From an uncultured delta proteobacterium (GTDB taxonomy: Bacteria; Desulfobacterota; Binatia; Binatales; Binataceae), in the NCBI GenBank assembly GCA_963815835.1, contig CAWFIF010000001.1:1571479-1635478 (forward strand): a DNA stretch of 64,000 bases, given 5' to 3'. The notes beneath the pieces are model-generated. The model saw only the letters and a list, made by a program, of their open reading frames with translations, had not been told where the DNA came from and ran no database searches. Numbering within the stretch: position 1 is the first letter of the stretch; each line of letters begins with the position of its first letter. Position numbers and translations under genes: made by a program. Shown here piece after piece: positions 19,805-29,602 of the stretch.

Positions 19805-21973
19805 ATGATTGTGAAGTCCAGTCATCTCGCAGCAGTTGCAATCGGTTTGACGATCGGGGGGTTCAGCTTTTTGCATTACAGCGCCCATGCCGAGGCTCAG
19901 GAGTCTCCCGCCGCGGCTGCCGCGACGCCATCGGCTCCCGCGCAAGTTGATTCTGCCCGGCTGGTCAGCGCCGACAAGGAACCCGGCAATTGGATGACCT
20001 ACGGCCGGACCTACAGCGAGCAGCGCTTCAGTCCGCTCAACAAAATCAACGCCGACAACGTCAAGAACCTCGGGCTGGCGTGGTACTACGATCTCGATAC
20101 TGACCGCGGGCAGGAGGCGACGCCCATCGTGGTCGACGGTGTGATGTACATCTCGACTGCGTGGAGCATGGTGAAGGCCTTCGATGCCAAGACCGGCAAG
20201 CTACTATGGGACTTCGATCCCAAGGTAGGCCGCGAAATCCTGATCCATGTCTGCTGCGATGCGGTCAATCGCGGCGTCGCGGTGTGGAAAGGTAAAGTCT
20301 ACGTCGGCACTATCGATGGACGATTGATCGCGCTCGATGCAGCTACCGGCAAGCCGGTGTGGAGCGTTCAAACAACCGACAGGACCAAGCCTTACACCAT
20401 CACCTCAGCGCCGCGCGTGTTCAACGACAAAGTCGTAATCGGCAACAGCGGCTCCGAGTATGGTGTGCGTGGATATATGTCGGCCTACGAGACCGCGACC
20501 GGCAAGCTGCTATGGCGCACCTATACTGTCCCCGGCGATCCTTCCAAGAGATTTGAGAGCCCGGCGATGGAGAAGGCTGCCAAGACCTGGACCGGGAAAT
20601 GGTGGGAGGAGGGCGGCGGCGCCACCGCCTGGGGCGGCATCTCCTACGACCCGGACCTCGACCTGATGTACTTCGGTACCGCTAACGGTGTCGAATGGGA
20701 TCAGAAGCATCGCAGCCCTGGCGGCGGTGACAATCTGTACGTCGCCTCGATCATCGCGTTGAAGGGTTCGACCGGTGAGTACGCGTGGTACTACCAGGTC
20801 GTTCCCGGCGATGTGTGGGATTACGACGCGACCCAGGACGTGGTCCTCGCCGATCTGACTATCGACGGCAAGCTGCGCAAAGTGGCGATGCAAGCGGGCA
20901 AGGACGGCTACTTCTACGTGCTCGATCGCAAGACCGGTGAACTGATCTCGGCGAACAATTTCGTGCCGGTCAACTGGGCGAAAGGTATCGACCTGAAGAC
21001 CGGGCGCCCCATCGAGATTACGGCGGCACGCTACGACAAGACCGGCAAAACCTTCCAGATCACGCCGGCCCCAAGCGGCGGTCACAATTGGCAGCCGATG
21101 GCGTTCAATCCGCAAACCGGATTGGTCTATATCCCGGCGCAAGAGGAAGGTTTCCCGTTCGCAACGGACAAGAATTTCAAACCCACCACCGTCGGAAATA
21201 ACCTCGCCATCGATCTCGCAGCCGTGACCGTGGCGGAGCCCGCGGCAAGAAAGAAGGCGATGAAAGGTGAGAAAGGCTTTCTCCTCGCATGGGATCCGAT
21301 CCATCAGAAGGAGGTCTGGAGATACCAGTACATGGGTCCATGGGACAGCGGCATCATGACGACCGCCGGCAATCTGGTATTTCAGGGCAACGCGACCCAC
21401 GAATTCGCAGCCTATCGCGCGGACAACGGCCAGAAGCTATGGTCGGCGCCGACTCAGACCGCGGTCCTTGCGGGTGCGATGACTTATGAAGTTGACGGCG
21501 AGCAATACGTCGCGACGCTGGTGGGATGGGGCGGCAGCTATGCGATCCTCGGCGGGAGCCTTTCCACCATCTCGGGCCCGCAGCGCAACATCAGTAGACT
21601 GCTGGTCTACAAGTTGGGCGGCACCGCAACCTTACCGCCTCCGCCCGCTGAAGAAGTGAAGGTGCTCGATCCACCGAAACAGACCGCTAGCCCCGCGACC
21701 ATCACCGAGGGCAAGAAGCTGTATGGACGCAACTGCGTCATCTGTCATGGTGTCGATGTGATCAGCGGCGGACTCAATCCGGATCTGCGCTACAGCAAAC
21801 TCCTCGATGACGACGGATGGTACGACGTCGTGCTGGGCGGCAAGTTCAAGGATCAGGGGATGGTGTCCTTCGCCAAGAACATCAACAGACAACAAGCGAC
21901 GGCGATTCGCGCCTTCGTAATCCAGCGCGCGATCGATTCCAAGGCCGAGGAATCAAAGCAAGCGAAGAACTGA
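19805..21973 (+). CDS. PQQ-dependent alcohol dehydrogenase, quinohemoprotein type (PQQ beta-propeller + C-terminal cytochrome c)
   Basis: Signal peptide MIVKSSHLAAVAIGLTIGGFSFLHYSAHA. Vicinal-Cys motif ..IHVCCDAVNRGVAVW.. of quinoprotein ADHs, repeated W-containing propeller blades, and a C-terminal ..GKKLYGRNCVICHGV.. heme-c site. Confidence 0.85.
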   Translation: MIVKSSHLAAVAIGLTIGGFSFLHYSAHAEAQESPAAAAATPSAPAQVDSARLVSADKEPGNWMTYGRTYSEQRFSPLNKINADNVKNLGLAWYYDLDTDRGQEATPIVVDGVMYISTAWSMVKAFDAKTGKLLWDFDPKVGREILIHVCCDAVNRGVAVWKGKVYVGTIDGRLIALDAATGKPVWSVQTTDRTKPYTITSAPRVFNDKVVIGNSGSEYGVRGYMSAYETATGKLLWRTYTVPGDPSKRFESPAMEKAAKTWTGKWWEEGGGATAWGGISYDPDLDLMYFGTANGVEWDQKHRSPGGGDNLYVASIIALKGSTGEYAWYYQVVPGDVWDYDATQDVVLADLTIDGKLRKVAMQAGKDGYFYVLDRKTGELISANNFVPVNWAKGIDLKTGRPIEITAARYDKTGKTFQITPAPSGGHNWQPMAFNPQTGLVYIPAQEEGFPFATDKNFKPTTVGNNLAIDLAAVTVAEPAARKKAMKGEKGFLLAWDPIHQKEVWRYQYMGPWDSGIMTTAGNLVFQGNATHEFAAYRADNGQKLWSAPTQTAVLAGAMTYEVDGEQYVATLVGWGGSYAILGGSLSTISGPQRNISRLLVYKLGGTATLPPPPAEEVKVLDPPKQTASPATITEGKKLYGRNCVICHGVDVISGGLNPDLRYSKLLDDDGWYDVVLGGKFKDQGMVSFAKNINRQQATAIRAFVIQRAIDSKAEESKQAKN

Positions 21974-21980
21974 GCTGCGA

Positions 21981-22889
21981 TCACTGCGCGCGGCGCTTCT
22001 TGAGATCCTCCAACTCCTCGAGAGTGCGCGGCCAGTCCTGATGCATCAGGCGCGACAACGCGCGGTCCGCCAGCAGTCGGCCGCCGGTCTGGCATGGCGC
22101 GCAGTAGTTGGTCTCGTTGCTCGCGTAGCGGATGCGCTGGATCTTGGCGCCGCAGCGCGGGCACGGCTGGCGATAGCGCCCATGCACCGCCATTTCGGGA
22201 CGAAACGCGGTGACGCCCTCGGGAAATCCATCGCCGGCTTCGGCACGCAAGCGGTCGGTCCATTCGATGAGCGTCGCGCGAGTCGCATCATAGAGCCGCT
22301 CGATTTCCTCGGCGGTTAGTTTCTGCGACATCGCGATCGGCGACAATTGCGCGCGATGCAAAATCTCATCGGAGTACGCATTACCGATACCGCTGAAAAT
22401 GTGCGGATCGGTGAGCGCGCGCTTCAAGGTATGATTTTCCGCACGCAGCGCATTGGTGAATGCGTCGAGGCTCACATCGAGCGGTTCGATACCACCGGCG
22501 CTGAGCGACTGCAGGCCCGCTTCGCCCTCCACCACCGTGAGCGAGGCTCTGCGCTGCGTTCCGGCTTCCGTTAGCCATAGCCATCCGTTGTCGAACTCAA
22601 ACGCGGCGAGGGTATTTCGGCTGCCCATCTTCGGCGCCTTGGTGTCCCAATGCAGCCGGCCCGCGATCATGAGATGCAGCACCAGCCATAGGTTGCCCTC
22701 GACTCCTATGGCGATGCGTTTTCCCAGCCGCCGAACGTCATGAACCATCGTGCCGTAGGTCGCGTTTAGTGGTGGCTCGGCGGAGCGGAGCAGGAAGGGC
22801 GACTTGACCAAGGCGCGGACGAACTTGCGCCCGACGATGCGCGTTCGCAACGCTTCGACATAGACGCTGACATCGGGTAGTTCGGGCAC
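21981..22889 (-). CDS. Fpg/Nei family DNA glycosylase
   Basis: N-terminal MPELPDV catalytic-Pro motif and a C-terminal CPRCGAKIQRIRYASNETNYCAPC zinc finger. Confidence 0.85.
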   Translation of the reverse strand: MPELPDVSVYVEALRTRIVGRKFVRALVKSPFLLRSAEPPLNATYGTMVHDVRRLGKRIAIGVEGNLWLVLHLMIAGRLHWDTKAPKMGSRNTLAAFEFDNGWLWLTEAGTQRRASLTVVEGEAGLQSLSAGGIEPLDVSLDAFTNALRAENHTLKRALTDPHIFSGIGNAYSDEILHRAQLSPIAMSQKLTAEEIERLYDATRATLIEWTDRLRAEAGDGFPEGVTAFRPEMAVHGRYRQPCPRCGAKIQRIRYASNETNYCAPCQTGGRLLADRALSRLMHQDWPRTLEELEDLKKRRAQ

Positions 22890-22931
22890 GATGCTATCGT
22901 TGACAAGCTTGGCGATCGCGTCAACACCGCA

Positions 22932-24287
22932 TCAGACCAAGGGTTTGCTGTCCTCGGTAACCGGGGTGATCGTGGTTGGAACCGCTTCTCCGGTGCGCGC
23001 CGTCGCGCCGCGTCGAAACTCCTGCAGGCGCTGTCCCAACCGATCTATCGAAAGCATCGGGACTTCGAGAAGAAATGGAAGGGGATCGTCGGCCGCGAGC
23101 ACAGCATGCTCAAGCGGCGCGCGCAGCGACCGGAAGTAGGATGAAACAGATATCCTGCCGGCGAAAATCTCGCGCACGGCGGCGGGCAAATCGGTCGTCA
23201 TCCGCACCCATCGATAGCCTGCTTTGACGCGGATTTCCGGGACCGGCAGTTGATTAGCAAGCCGCCACACGAAATAGGGGAAGTTGACGCCGCCTGGCCG
23301 CGCCAACGTGTGCCATCCCCATACGCGGGGATTTAGATCGAGTAGCTTATAGCGATTGTCACGGCGGTCGTACTTGAACTCGGCCTCCATCAAGCCGGTG
23401 TAGCCGAGACCCTCGAGCAGGTGGCGTGCGGCATGTTCAACCGCGGGCGCGTTGACGCTTTCAACGAACGAACTGGAGCGGCCGAAATCGACCGGGTACT
23501 GGCGAGCGCGGCGCGCCACCACCGACGCGAGCGCGCGGCCATTGTCACAAATCGCCCCGTAAGAAAACTGCGCTTCACCACCTCCAGGGATCAATTCCTG
23601 GATCATGATCAAGCTTGGATCTATGAGCGTACAGGCCACATCGTAGCGAGCCAGCAATGAGGCACGGTCTGCGATCGGCCATGCTTTTTCCCGCGTAAAC
23701 CGATTGACCGCTTCCTTGATTGCCGGCTTGAGAATGACCGGGAAGGAACAGTCGAGGATTTCGACCTCGCGGCGATCGCGCGGGTAGTGCGTCACCGGAC
23801 AGTCAACCCCGAGCTTCTGCGCGACCCGGTAGGTGGACCTTTTGTCGTATGCTATCTCGACGGTCTCCCACGGCGACGTAGCGAGCCTGAATCCGGCCGC
23901 GAGCTTCGCTTGATGCCGAGCCAGCATCGCCGCGTGGCTATCTTCGGTTGGAAACAGTAGCCATCCGCCGAGGCCATAGCGTTCCCCAACGGCAAGCAGG
24001 AAATCGACCTGTTCCCTCTCATCACCGCGCGGCAATGGGATCTGCTTGAGCGCATAGCGTGACTTGGTCGCTATCTTCTGTTGCTCCGGAAAAACCCATA
24101 CTGGTATGCGATGGCGGCCAAGGCTGCGCACGACGGTGAGGGCACGATAGTCTCCGCCAAGTACCAGCGCGCCGGAGATCTTCTTTTCCTCCGTAGCTGG
24201 CGCTGCGTTGCAAGTCGCGGTTTCTGTCGGATCTGTTTGTAAAGGTCCGGCGCCACGCGCGCCAACATCGACGTCGTTGCTCATCAC
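22932..24287 (-). CDS. ATP-grasp domain protein (carboxylate-amine ligase-like)
   Basis: 451 aa. ..FPVILKPAIKEAVNRF.., ..IMIQELIPGGGEAQFSYGAI.., ..EFKYDRRDNRYKLLDLNPRVWG.. are typical ATP-grasp Mg-ATP site segments. The start overlaps the stop of the upstream flavoprotein. Confidence 0.65.
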   Translation of the reverse strand: MMSNDVDVGARGAGPLQTDPTETATCNAAPATEEKKISGALVLGGDYRALTVVRSLGRHRIPVWVFPEQQKIATKSRYALKQIPLPRGDEREQVDFLLAVGERYGLGGWLLFPTEDSHAAMLARHQAKLAAGFRLATSPWETVEIAYDKRSTYRVAQKLGVDCPVTHYPRDRREVEILDCSFPVILKPAIKEAVNRFTREKAWPIADRASLLARYDVACTLIDPSLIMIQELIPGGGEAQFSYGAICDNGRALASVVARRARQYPVDFGRSSSFVESVNAPAVEHAARHLLEGLGYTGLMEAEFKYDRRDNRYKLLDLNPRVWGWHTLARPGGVNFPYFVWRLANQLPVPEIRVKAGYRWVRMTTDLPAAVREIFAGRISVSSYFRSLRAPLEHAVLAADDPLPFLLEVPMLSIDRLGQRLQEFRRGATARTGEAVPTTITPVTEDSKPLV

Positions 24288-25474
24288 TAGCTTCGAGTTC
24301 TGGCGGAGCGAACGATTGCTTCAGTCAATGCGCGCGCGCTGTAGCCGGTCCCCGAGACAAACCGCACCAGCGGACCGAGGCTACGAGCCGCTGGAGCACC
24401 CATAAAGTGCAGTCCTGCAATCGAGGACTCGAGACCGAGGGTGAGCCTGGGATATCCCTGGTTGACTTGCAGGTTGCGAAGGAGTTCGGGCCCGAGGAAA
24501 TCATAACGCGACACGTCGACTCGAAACCCGGTTCCTAGGATGACATGGTCAACCTCTCTCCGCGTTCCGTCGTTGAGCTCGACGCGAGCCATATCACCGC
24601 AAGCAATCGCTCGCATCACGCGCCGCCCGGTTGTGACTCTTACGCCATCCATGCGATCGCGGAGCCAGGTCGATGCGGCGGGCCGAATCGCTCGATAGGC
24701 CCACTTGGTTTGCAACACACGCGGTAGCAATCGAAACAGGTGAGGTCTGGCAATGAGTTGATTGAGACCCGGAGGACCAACGTCCGTGGGCGGATACAGC
24801 AGGCGTCGAAGCCATCCCAAATTAGTGCGGAGATGGACACTCCCATGAAGCCAGCGTACCTCCCGCGCACGCATCACTAACTCGACTTCGGCACCATTTT
24901 CTTTGAGCAAGGCGGAGGATTCGAAGGCGCTTTGGCCGCCGCCTATCACCAGCACCCGCTGACCACGGAAGCTACTAAGGTCTCGATGCTCACTCGAATG
25001 TGACGCCAGTTGGCGAGGCAGGTTACAAAATTCAGGTGGCCGCTGGGCGAACCGAGAAATGCCGGCCGCGATCACGACCCGCCTGGCGTTGAGGGTTTCG
25101 CCATCGCTCAGCGACAGCCGAAAGCTCCCATTCTTCTCGATGCGCGTCACTTTACGTCGATCGACATCTGGTAGCAGGCGACGCTGAAACCAATGTCCGT
25201 AACGCACAAAAGATTCCAGCGGCACCGGAGCAGAGAACTCCTCCTTCTCGCTGCTCTTGAAGTCGTTGAGACTGAAGTGCCCGGAAGGATCTGAGATATC
25301 GCATGCGTACCAGGCGGAGCGAAGGAACATTCCCGCCGGCATCTGCCGTTCCCAGAACTCCATGGGCTGTCCGAAGACGATCGTCTCCTTGCCTGACGCA
25401 CGCAGATGAGCGCCCGCCGCGAGCCCATAGGGCCCGGCACCGATAACTGCCACTTCGGTAGTTGGAAAGGACAT
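24287..25474 (-). CDS. FAD/NAD(P)-binding oxidoreductase (flavin-monooxygenase-like, two Rossmann motifs)
   Basis: VAVIGAGPYGLAAG (GxGxxG #1) and VLVIGGGQSAFES (GxGxxG #2). 395 aa. Resembles N-hydroxylating and pyridine-nucleotide-disulfide flavoproteins. Confidence 0.65.
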   Translation of the reverse strand: MSFPTTEVAVIGAGPYGLAAGAHLRASGKETIVFGQPMEFWERQMPAGMFLRSAWYACDISDPSGHFSLNDFKSSEKEEFSAPVPLESFVRYGHWFQRRLLPDVDRRKVTRIEKNGSFRLSLSDGETLNARRVVIAAGISRFAQRPPEFCNLPRQLASHSSEHRDLSSFRGQRVLVIGGGQSAFESSALLKENGAEVELVMRAREVRWLHGSVHLRTNLGWLRRLLYPPTDVGPPGLNQLIARPHLFRLLPRVLQTKWAYRAIRPAASTWLRDRMDGVRVTTGRRVMRAIACGDMARVELNDGTRREVDHVILGTGFRVDVSRYDFLGPELLRNLQVNQGYPRLTLGLESSIAGLHFMGAPAARSLGPLVRFVSGTGYSARALTEAIVRSARTRS

Positions 25475-25791
25475 CAGATTGTTGTGGTGATGACGGCGTA
25501 GCTGTAATTTTGCATTTTCTTCTATTATTAGACGCGAATAGGAATTTAAGTTACCAAAAGCTTAAGAAACAGTCAAACCTGTTTGTTTCAAATCTGATAT
25601 TAGATTCTCGTGAGCCTACGCGTGTTCTCGATGACAAAGGCCATCAGAGTTTACTACGCATGGCGGCGCGTGCGGGATTGCGACCGGGAGTTCTCAACCA
25701 AGGTTGGCAGTTCTGCTACAGCCGGCGTTATATGCGAGCGAAGGCCCATTTGGAGATCGCCGAGGCCAACCGGCGAGAGTGCCCCTTCCCG

Positions 25792-26549
25792 TTATGGCGT
25801 CGGCAGCAGCGCTGGAATTTCGCCAACTGTTCCGACGATGCTGACCACCATCGGACCGCTGATCGGTATCGGATTGGCGTTGGTTGCGACTGGTATGTGG
25901 ATCGATCCCGAAGCGACCAAAGTTCCCGCCGCCCAAGTTACCGATCCAGCCACCAAGGGAGATTGGATGATCGATATGGTTCCTGAGAGCACGAGATGGT
26001 TGGCACTATCGGAACAGAACTGTCCCACGAAATTGACGGAATAATCGGTGCCGGAGAAAGTCCCGCTGCCAGTCGCCGGACGGCATCCCGGGAAGAGCGG
26101 GAAGATCACACCTCCTGATTCGAGCGCGTCGATTTCCTGCTGAAGCGATTGGGTCTGTTGCTGAAGCGCCTGAATTTGGGATTCGAGGCTGGGTGCCTTG
26201 GCTTTGGCTTTCGCGCCTGCTGGTGGAACCGCACCCGATGATGGCAAGGGGCTTGGCGCCACGCACGGAATGATTGCCGGGCACGGGTAGACTGTCTGAG
26301 CTCCGCAGATGCAGGGGAACGGATTGCTCGTCTGCAAATTCATCTGCAATCCTGATTCACCGGTTGGGCCAATTGGCCCGAGAGCGTCGCGCTGAAGAGA
26401 CCCGAGCAGACGCTCGGCGCACACGCCCCCGGTCCGGGACCTAAACTCCCGGTGCCCTCGAGGTTAAGGCTCGGGGTTGATTGCGCATAGACCAAACTGC
26501 CCGTCAGAACGAAGCCGATAATCAGGACCGCGAACCCACCTGCCTTCAT
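25792..26549 (-). CDS. Hypothetical secreted protein, possibly frameshifted (signal peptide in ORF 26340..26549, body in ORF 25792..26424)
   Basis: MKAGGFAVLIIGFVLTGSLVYAQS signal peptide, a coiled-coil LESQIQALQQQTQSLQQEIDALE, and a Gly/Ser-rich C-terminus. The two ORFs overlap in different frames. Confidence 0.3.
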
Positions 26550-26639
26550 GCCGACCCGCCTCCCGGTGGTGTTTCGATAATTATATCCACACTAACGATT
26601 TGACAACCGACCGGAACATCAAACGTCAGTATCGCGGCG

Positions 26640-27224
26640 TCACCACCAATGCCAGAACCTGCGGCGACGCCTGGGGTGACCGGGCAATCCCTGCTTCTGA
26701 CTGAACTGGCGTCGGGCTTCCTGACGTTGCGCGGGCGTCATTTGTTGCCAGTGCTGATAATTGTTGAGCACGCGCTGGCGCTGCTCGGGAGGAAGTTTTT
26801 CGAAACGAGAATAGCGTTGGGCGATTTGCTGACGGCGCTCGGGCGAGAGCGTCTTGTAATGCAGATAGGCCTTCCGCAGTTCCTCACGGCGCTGCTCGGG
26901 AAGTCTTCGCCATCGACGTAGCGCGTCCAGTGCACGACGACGCTCTTCGGGCGGAAGCTGGCGGAACTCATTGAACTTTCTTTGGGCCGCGGCCCGGTCT
27001 TCCGGACCCATGCGCTGCCATTGTCGGTAATTCTTTAATACGGTTTCGCGTTGCTCGGGAGTCAGATTTGCCCATTGATTAGGATGCTGCTGCGCAAAAG
27101 CTCGCTCCGCCGCGTCCGACGGCTCTCCAATGGCACCCGATTGAGTTCGGGCCGCAGGCGTCCAGACGCAAATGACGACGCCGAGAAACAGCGAGACGGT
27201 CGCGAGTCGGGCGAGCCGAATCAT
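26640..27224 (-). CDS. DUF3106-family periplasmic repeat protein
   Basis: Signal peptide, then more than 6 repeats of the W-x-x-(L/M)-x-PE-x-R motif (..WANLTPEQRETVLKNYRQWQRMGPEDR..). Commonly found downstream of ECF sigma/anti-sigma pairs. Confidence 0.65.
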   Translation of the reverse strand: MIRLARLATVSLFLGVVICVWTPAARTQSGAIGEPSDAAERAFAQQHPNQWANLTPEQRETVLKNYRQWQRMGPEDRAAAQRKFNEFRQLPPEERRRALDALRRWRRLPEQRREELRKAYLHYKTLSPERRQQIAQRYSRFEKLPPEQRQRVLNNYQHWQQMTPAQRQEARRQFSQKQGLPGHPRRRRRFWHWW

Positions 27225-27529
27225 TGCTGTACCCCCGGGCTGGCACCGGCCGCGCGAGTGCTCGCGCCGTGAGGATCATCGAAGTCGGACGCATCGGGCA
27301 ACGGTCCATCCGGACTCAGGTAACCCATAGCCCTTAGCGCACGGATTTGGTCCAACATTGAATCAGCGTCGGGGGCGGCGTTTTGTCCAGCAGGACGGTT
27401 GCGATCATTGCCGGCCGGAGGTGCAAATAGATCGAGATTCAGCAACATCATCGGATCCGGCGTTTGCTCTTGGGCACGGCTAAGGCTGCTCCCGCCAAGA
27501 ATGAACGCGCCGGCGAGTAGTATCGTCAT
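27221..27529 (-). CDS. Hypothetical periplasmic protein
   Basis: MTILLAGAFILGGSSLSRA signal peptide. Low complexity, about 100 aa. Start chosen downstream of the anti-sigma stop. Confidence 0.4.
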   Translation of the reverse strand: MTILLAGAFILGGSSLSRAQEQTPDPMMLLNLDLFAPPAGNDRNRPAGQNAAPDADSMLDQIRALRAMGYLSPDGPLPDASDFDDPHGASTRAAGASPGVQQ

Positions 27530-27536
27530 GATCCAG

Positions 27537-28046
27537 CTACGACCGGTTGCCATTACTGTCTTCTGCCGGCAACTCGTCGAGATGTTCGATGACATCGTAG
27601 TTTTCCAGGAGGTCGAGTTGCTCCAGCACCGGGTAGTTGCGCAACAGTCCGACGTCAGGAGCCGCCATGTCCTGTTCCATCGCGAGTTGCTCAAAGGGCG
27701 GCATCTCGGGCTGCGCCGCAGGACGCATCGAGAGCGCGATTATGAGCATCGCGAGCGCCGCCGTTGCCACCAGCGTCCACCGAAGTCCTTGCCAGCGCCA
27801 CCAATCCGGTCGCTCTGTGCGGCGCGTCACTCGGAGTCGCAGTTCCCGCCGATATGCCGTCCATTCCGGAGTCGTCAGCTCTTCGAGCCGCGACGCAACC
27901 TGATTCAGCGTCGAGGCGAGCTCGTCCATCGACTCTCGGCACTGCCGACAATCCTCCAGGTGACGGAAGACTTGATCTCGCTCGTCGGCGTCGAGCTCGC
28001 CGCGAAAATATGGGATCAGCTCGCTATCAGGATGTGCGGCGGACAT
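27537..28046 (-). CDS. Anti-sigma factor (zf-HC2 zinc-finger, single TM)
   Basis: HLEDCRQCRE (H-x3-C-x2-C) near the N-terminus. One TM segment ..WTLVATAALAMLIIAL... Lies immediately downstream of the ECF sigma. Confidence 0.7.
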   Translation of the reverse strand: MSAAHPDSELIPYFRGELDADERDQVFRHLEDCRQCRESMDELASTLNQVASRLEELTTPEWTAYRRELRLRVTRRTERPDWWRWQGLRWTLVATAALAMLIIALSMRPAAQPEMPPFEQLAMEQDMAAPDVGLLRNYPVLEQLDLLENYDVIEHLDELPAEDSNGNRS

Positions 28047-28062
28047 TTCTATTTGTCCTTGG

Positions 28063-28704
28063 CTATTCGTCCTTGAATATCTTCTTCAACTGGCTAAGTC
28101 CCCGATGGATATGCACGCGAGCGGTGCTCTCCGAGCACTTAAGTACTTCGGCGATTTCGCGACTGGAGAGATTTTCTTGTGCCTGGAGAAGCACGGCGAT
28201 GCGCTGATTCGGCGACAGCTGCTGGAGCGCCTGGTCCAACTTGAGCCGCGTCTGTCCCTGGATGGTGGCCATTTCCGGATTCGGCGTCGGTGACGGCGGA
28301 TCGATTGGTGGTGCGTCCGAATCGTCGCCTGGCCCCGAGAGTGGAAGCAGTCGGCGCCACCATTTGTCGCGTCGGCGGCGATCGATACACAAATTGACCA
28401 CCACCCGGTAGAACCAGGTCGAAAAGCGCGCACGCCGATCGAATCGATTGGCCGATTCGTACAGTCGGATGAATGCATCCTGCGAAACATCGCGTGCATC
28501 GGATTCGTTGCCGAGGATCGAGCAAGCGAGCCGGTACGCGCCGGCCTGATGCCGCTCGACCAGCAGCTCGAATGCCTGCGTATCGCCATCGCCGACTTTC
28601 CCACACAAATCCTCATCCGAAGGCTCCGCCAAACCGGTCCGCCCCCTCGCGGATTCGGCCGGCTTTCCTCGCTTAAGCACGAAGCGGAGGCGAAGATCGG
28701 GCAT
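28063..28704 (-). CDS. ECF-subfamily RNA polymerase sigma-70 factor
   Basis: Region 2 ..GDTQAFELLVERHQAGAYRLACSILGNESDARDVSQDAFIRLYE.. and region 4 ..LSSREIAEVLKCSESTARVHIHRG... The N-terminal 25 aa may be an upstream extension. Confidence 0.8.
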   Translation of the reverse strand: MPDLRLRFVLKRGKPAESARGRTGLAEPSDEDLCGKVGDGDTQAFELLVERHQAGAYRLACSILGNESDARDVSQDAFIRLYESANRFDRRARFSTWFYRVVVNLCIDRRRRDKWWRRLLPLSGPGDDSDAPPIDPPSPTPNPEMATIQGQTRLKLDQALQQLSPNQRIAVLLQAQENLSSREIAEVLKCSESTARVHIHRGLSQLKKIFKDE

Positions 28705-28859
28705 CGGCCGCGACTTCGATGCTACCCCCGCAGCGTCGTTAGACGAAACCGCATGGCCATTCGTTTACCAACAGAATTCCGATTTTCTGCGATCAATAGC
28801 GGCGCGCAGGTCGGTAAACGAAACGACCCCACAGCGCGTCCAACTGCCCGAGGCAGGAG

Positions 28860-29168
28860 TTGTCAATGATTGTGCGAGCCGCAAATTTCAGAAAGCCGAA
28901 TCTCATCGCCATCGCCTCGATTGGGATGACGATTGCTGTCGCGTGTGCAGGCTGTGCGGCGTTCGATCCTCAGGGCGCGGCGCAACAGTCCGCGCCGAAC
29001 TACTACAACGCGCCATACAGCTCACTTAGTCCGCAACAGAAGATGCAACTGGAAGACCATCTCTCAAATCAAACTAATCAGGCTTGGCGTACCACCGCCG
29101 GCGTGATGTCGGGAATGGGGCATCTGGCGGGCGGAACCGGAATTTTGTTGTATGCCGTGCGCCGTTGA
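28860..29168 (+). CDS. Hypothetical lipoprotein
   Basis: Signal peptide with a lipobox-like ..IAVACAGC... 102 aa. Confidence 0.4.
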   Translation: MSMIVRAANFRKPNLIAIASIGMTIAVACAGCAAFDPQGAAQQSAPNYYNAPYSSLSPQQKMQLEDHLSNQTNQAWRTTAGVMSGMGHLAGGTGILLYAVRR

Positions 29169-29228
29169 GCGCAATAAGCGCAACCTAAACAGCAGATCAT
29201 CTACTCGGATGGACAGGAGGACGCACTA

Positions 29229-29504
29229 ATGAAACGGACAGTTACCACATTGGCAGTGGCGATGATTCTCGGCGCCTCGATGGGTTCCTCGGCGATCGCG
29301 CAGGTTCCCCCGAACGTCGACCAGCATCCCGAGGTTGCGCAACAATTGAAGGCGAATCCGCAGTTGGTCGACAACCGCCAGTACGTCCAGAATCATCCGG
29401 GACTCCATGAGTTCCTGGAGAATCATCCGGATGCGCGCGCGCAATGTAGATCGCATCCATACAAGTTCACGTGCCGCGAGGATCGCTACGATCGCAATCA
29501 CTAG
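29229..29504 (+). CDS. Small secreted hypothetical protein
   Basis: MKRTVTTLAVAMILGASMGSSAIA signal peptide. 91 aa. Confidence 0.4.
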   Translation: MKRTVTTLAVAMILGASMGSSAIAQVPPNVDQHPEVAQQLKANPQLVDNRQYVQNHPGLHEFLENHPDARAQCRSHPYKFTCREDRYDRNH

Positions 29505-29602
29505 TCCCTCCCTGTTCAAAGCGGGGTCCGCCGTCGGACCCCGCTCAACACGACGGAACCCCCGCAGCATCAATGGCGAGGGTTGTCGAGCAGGGCCATC
29601 AA

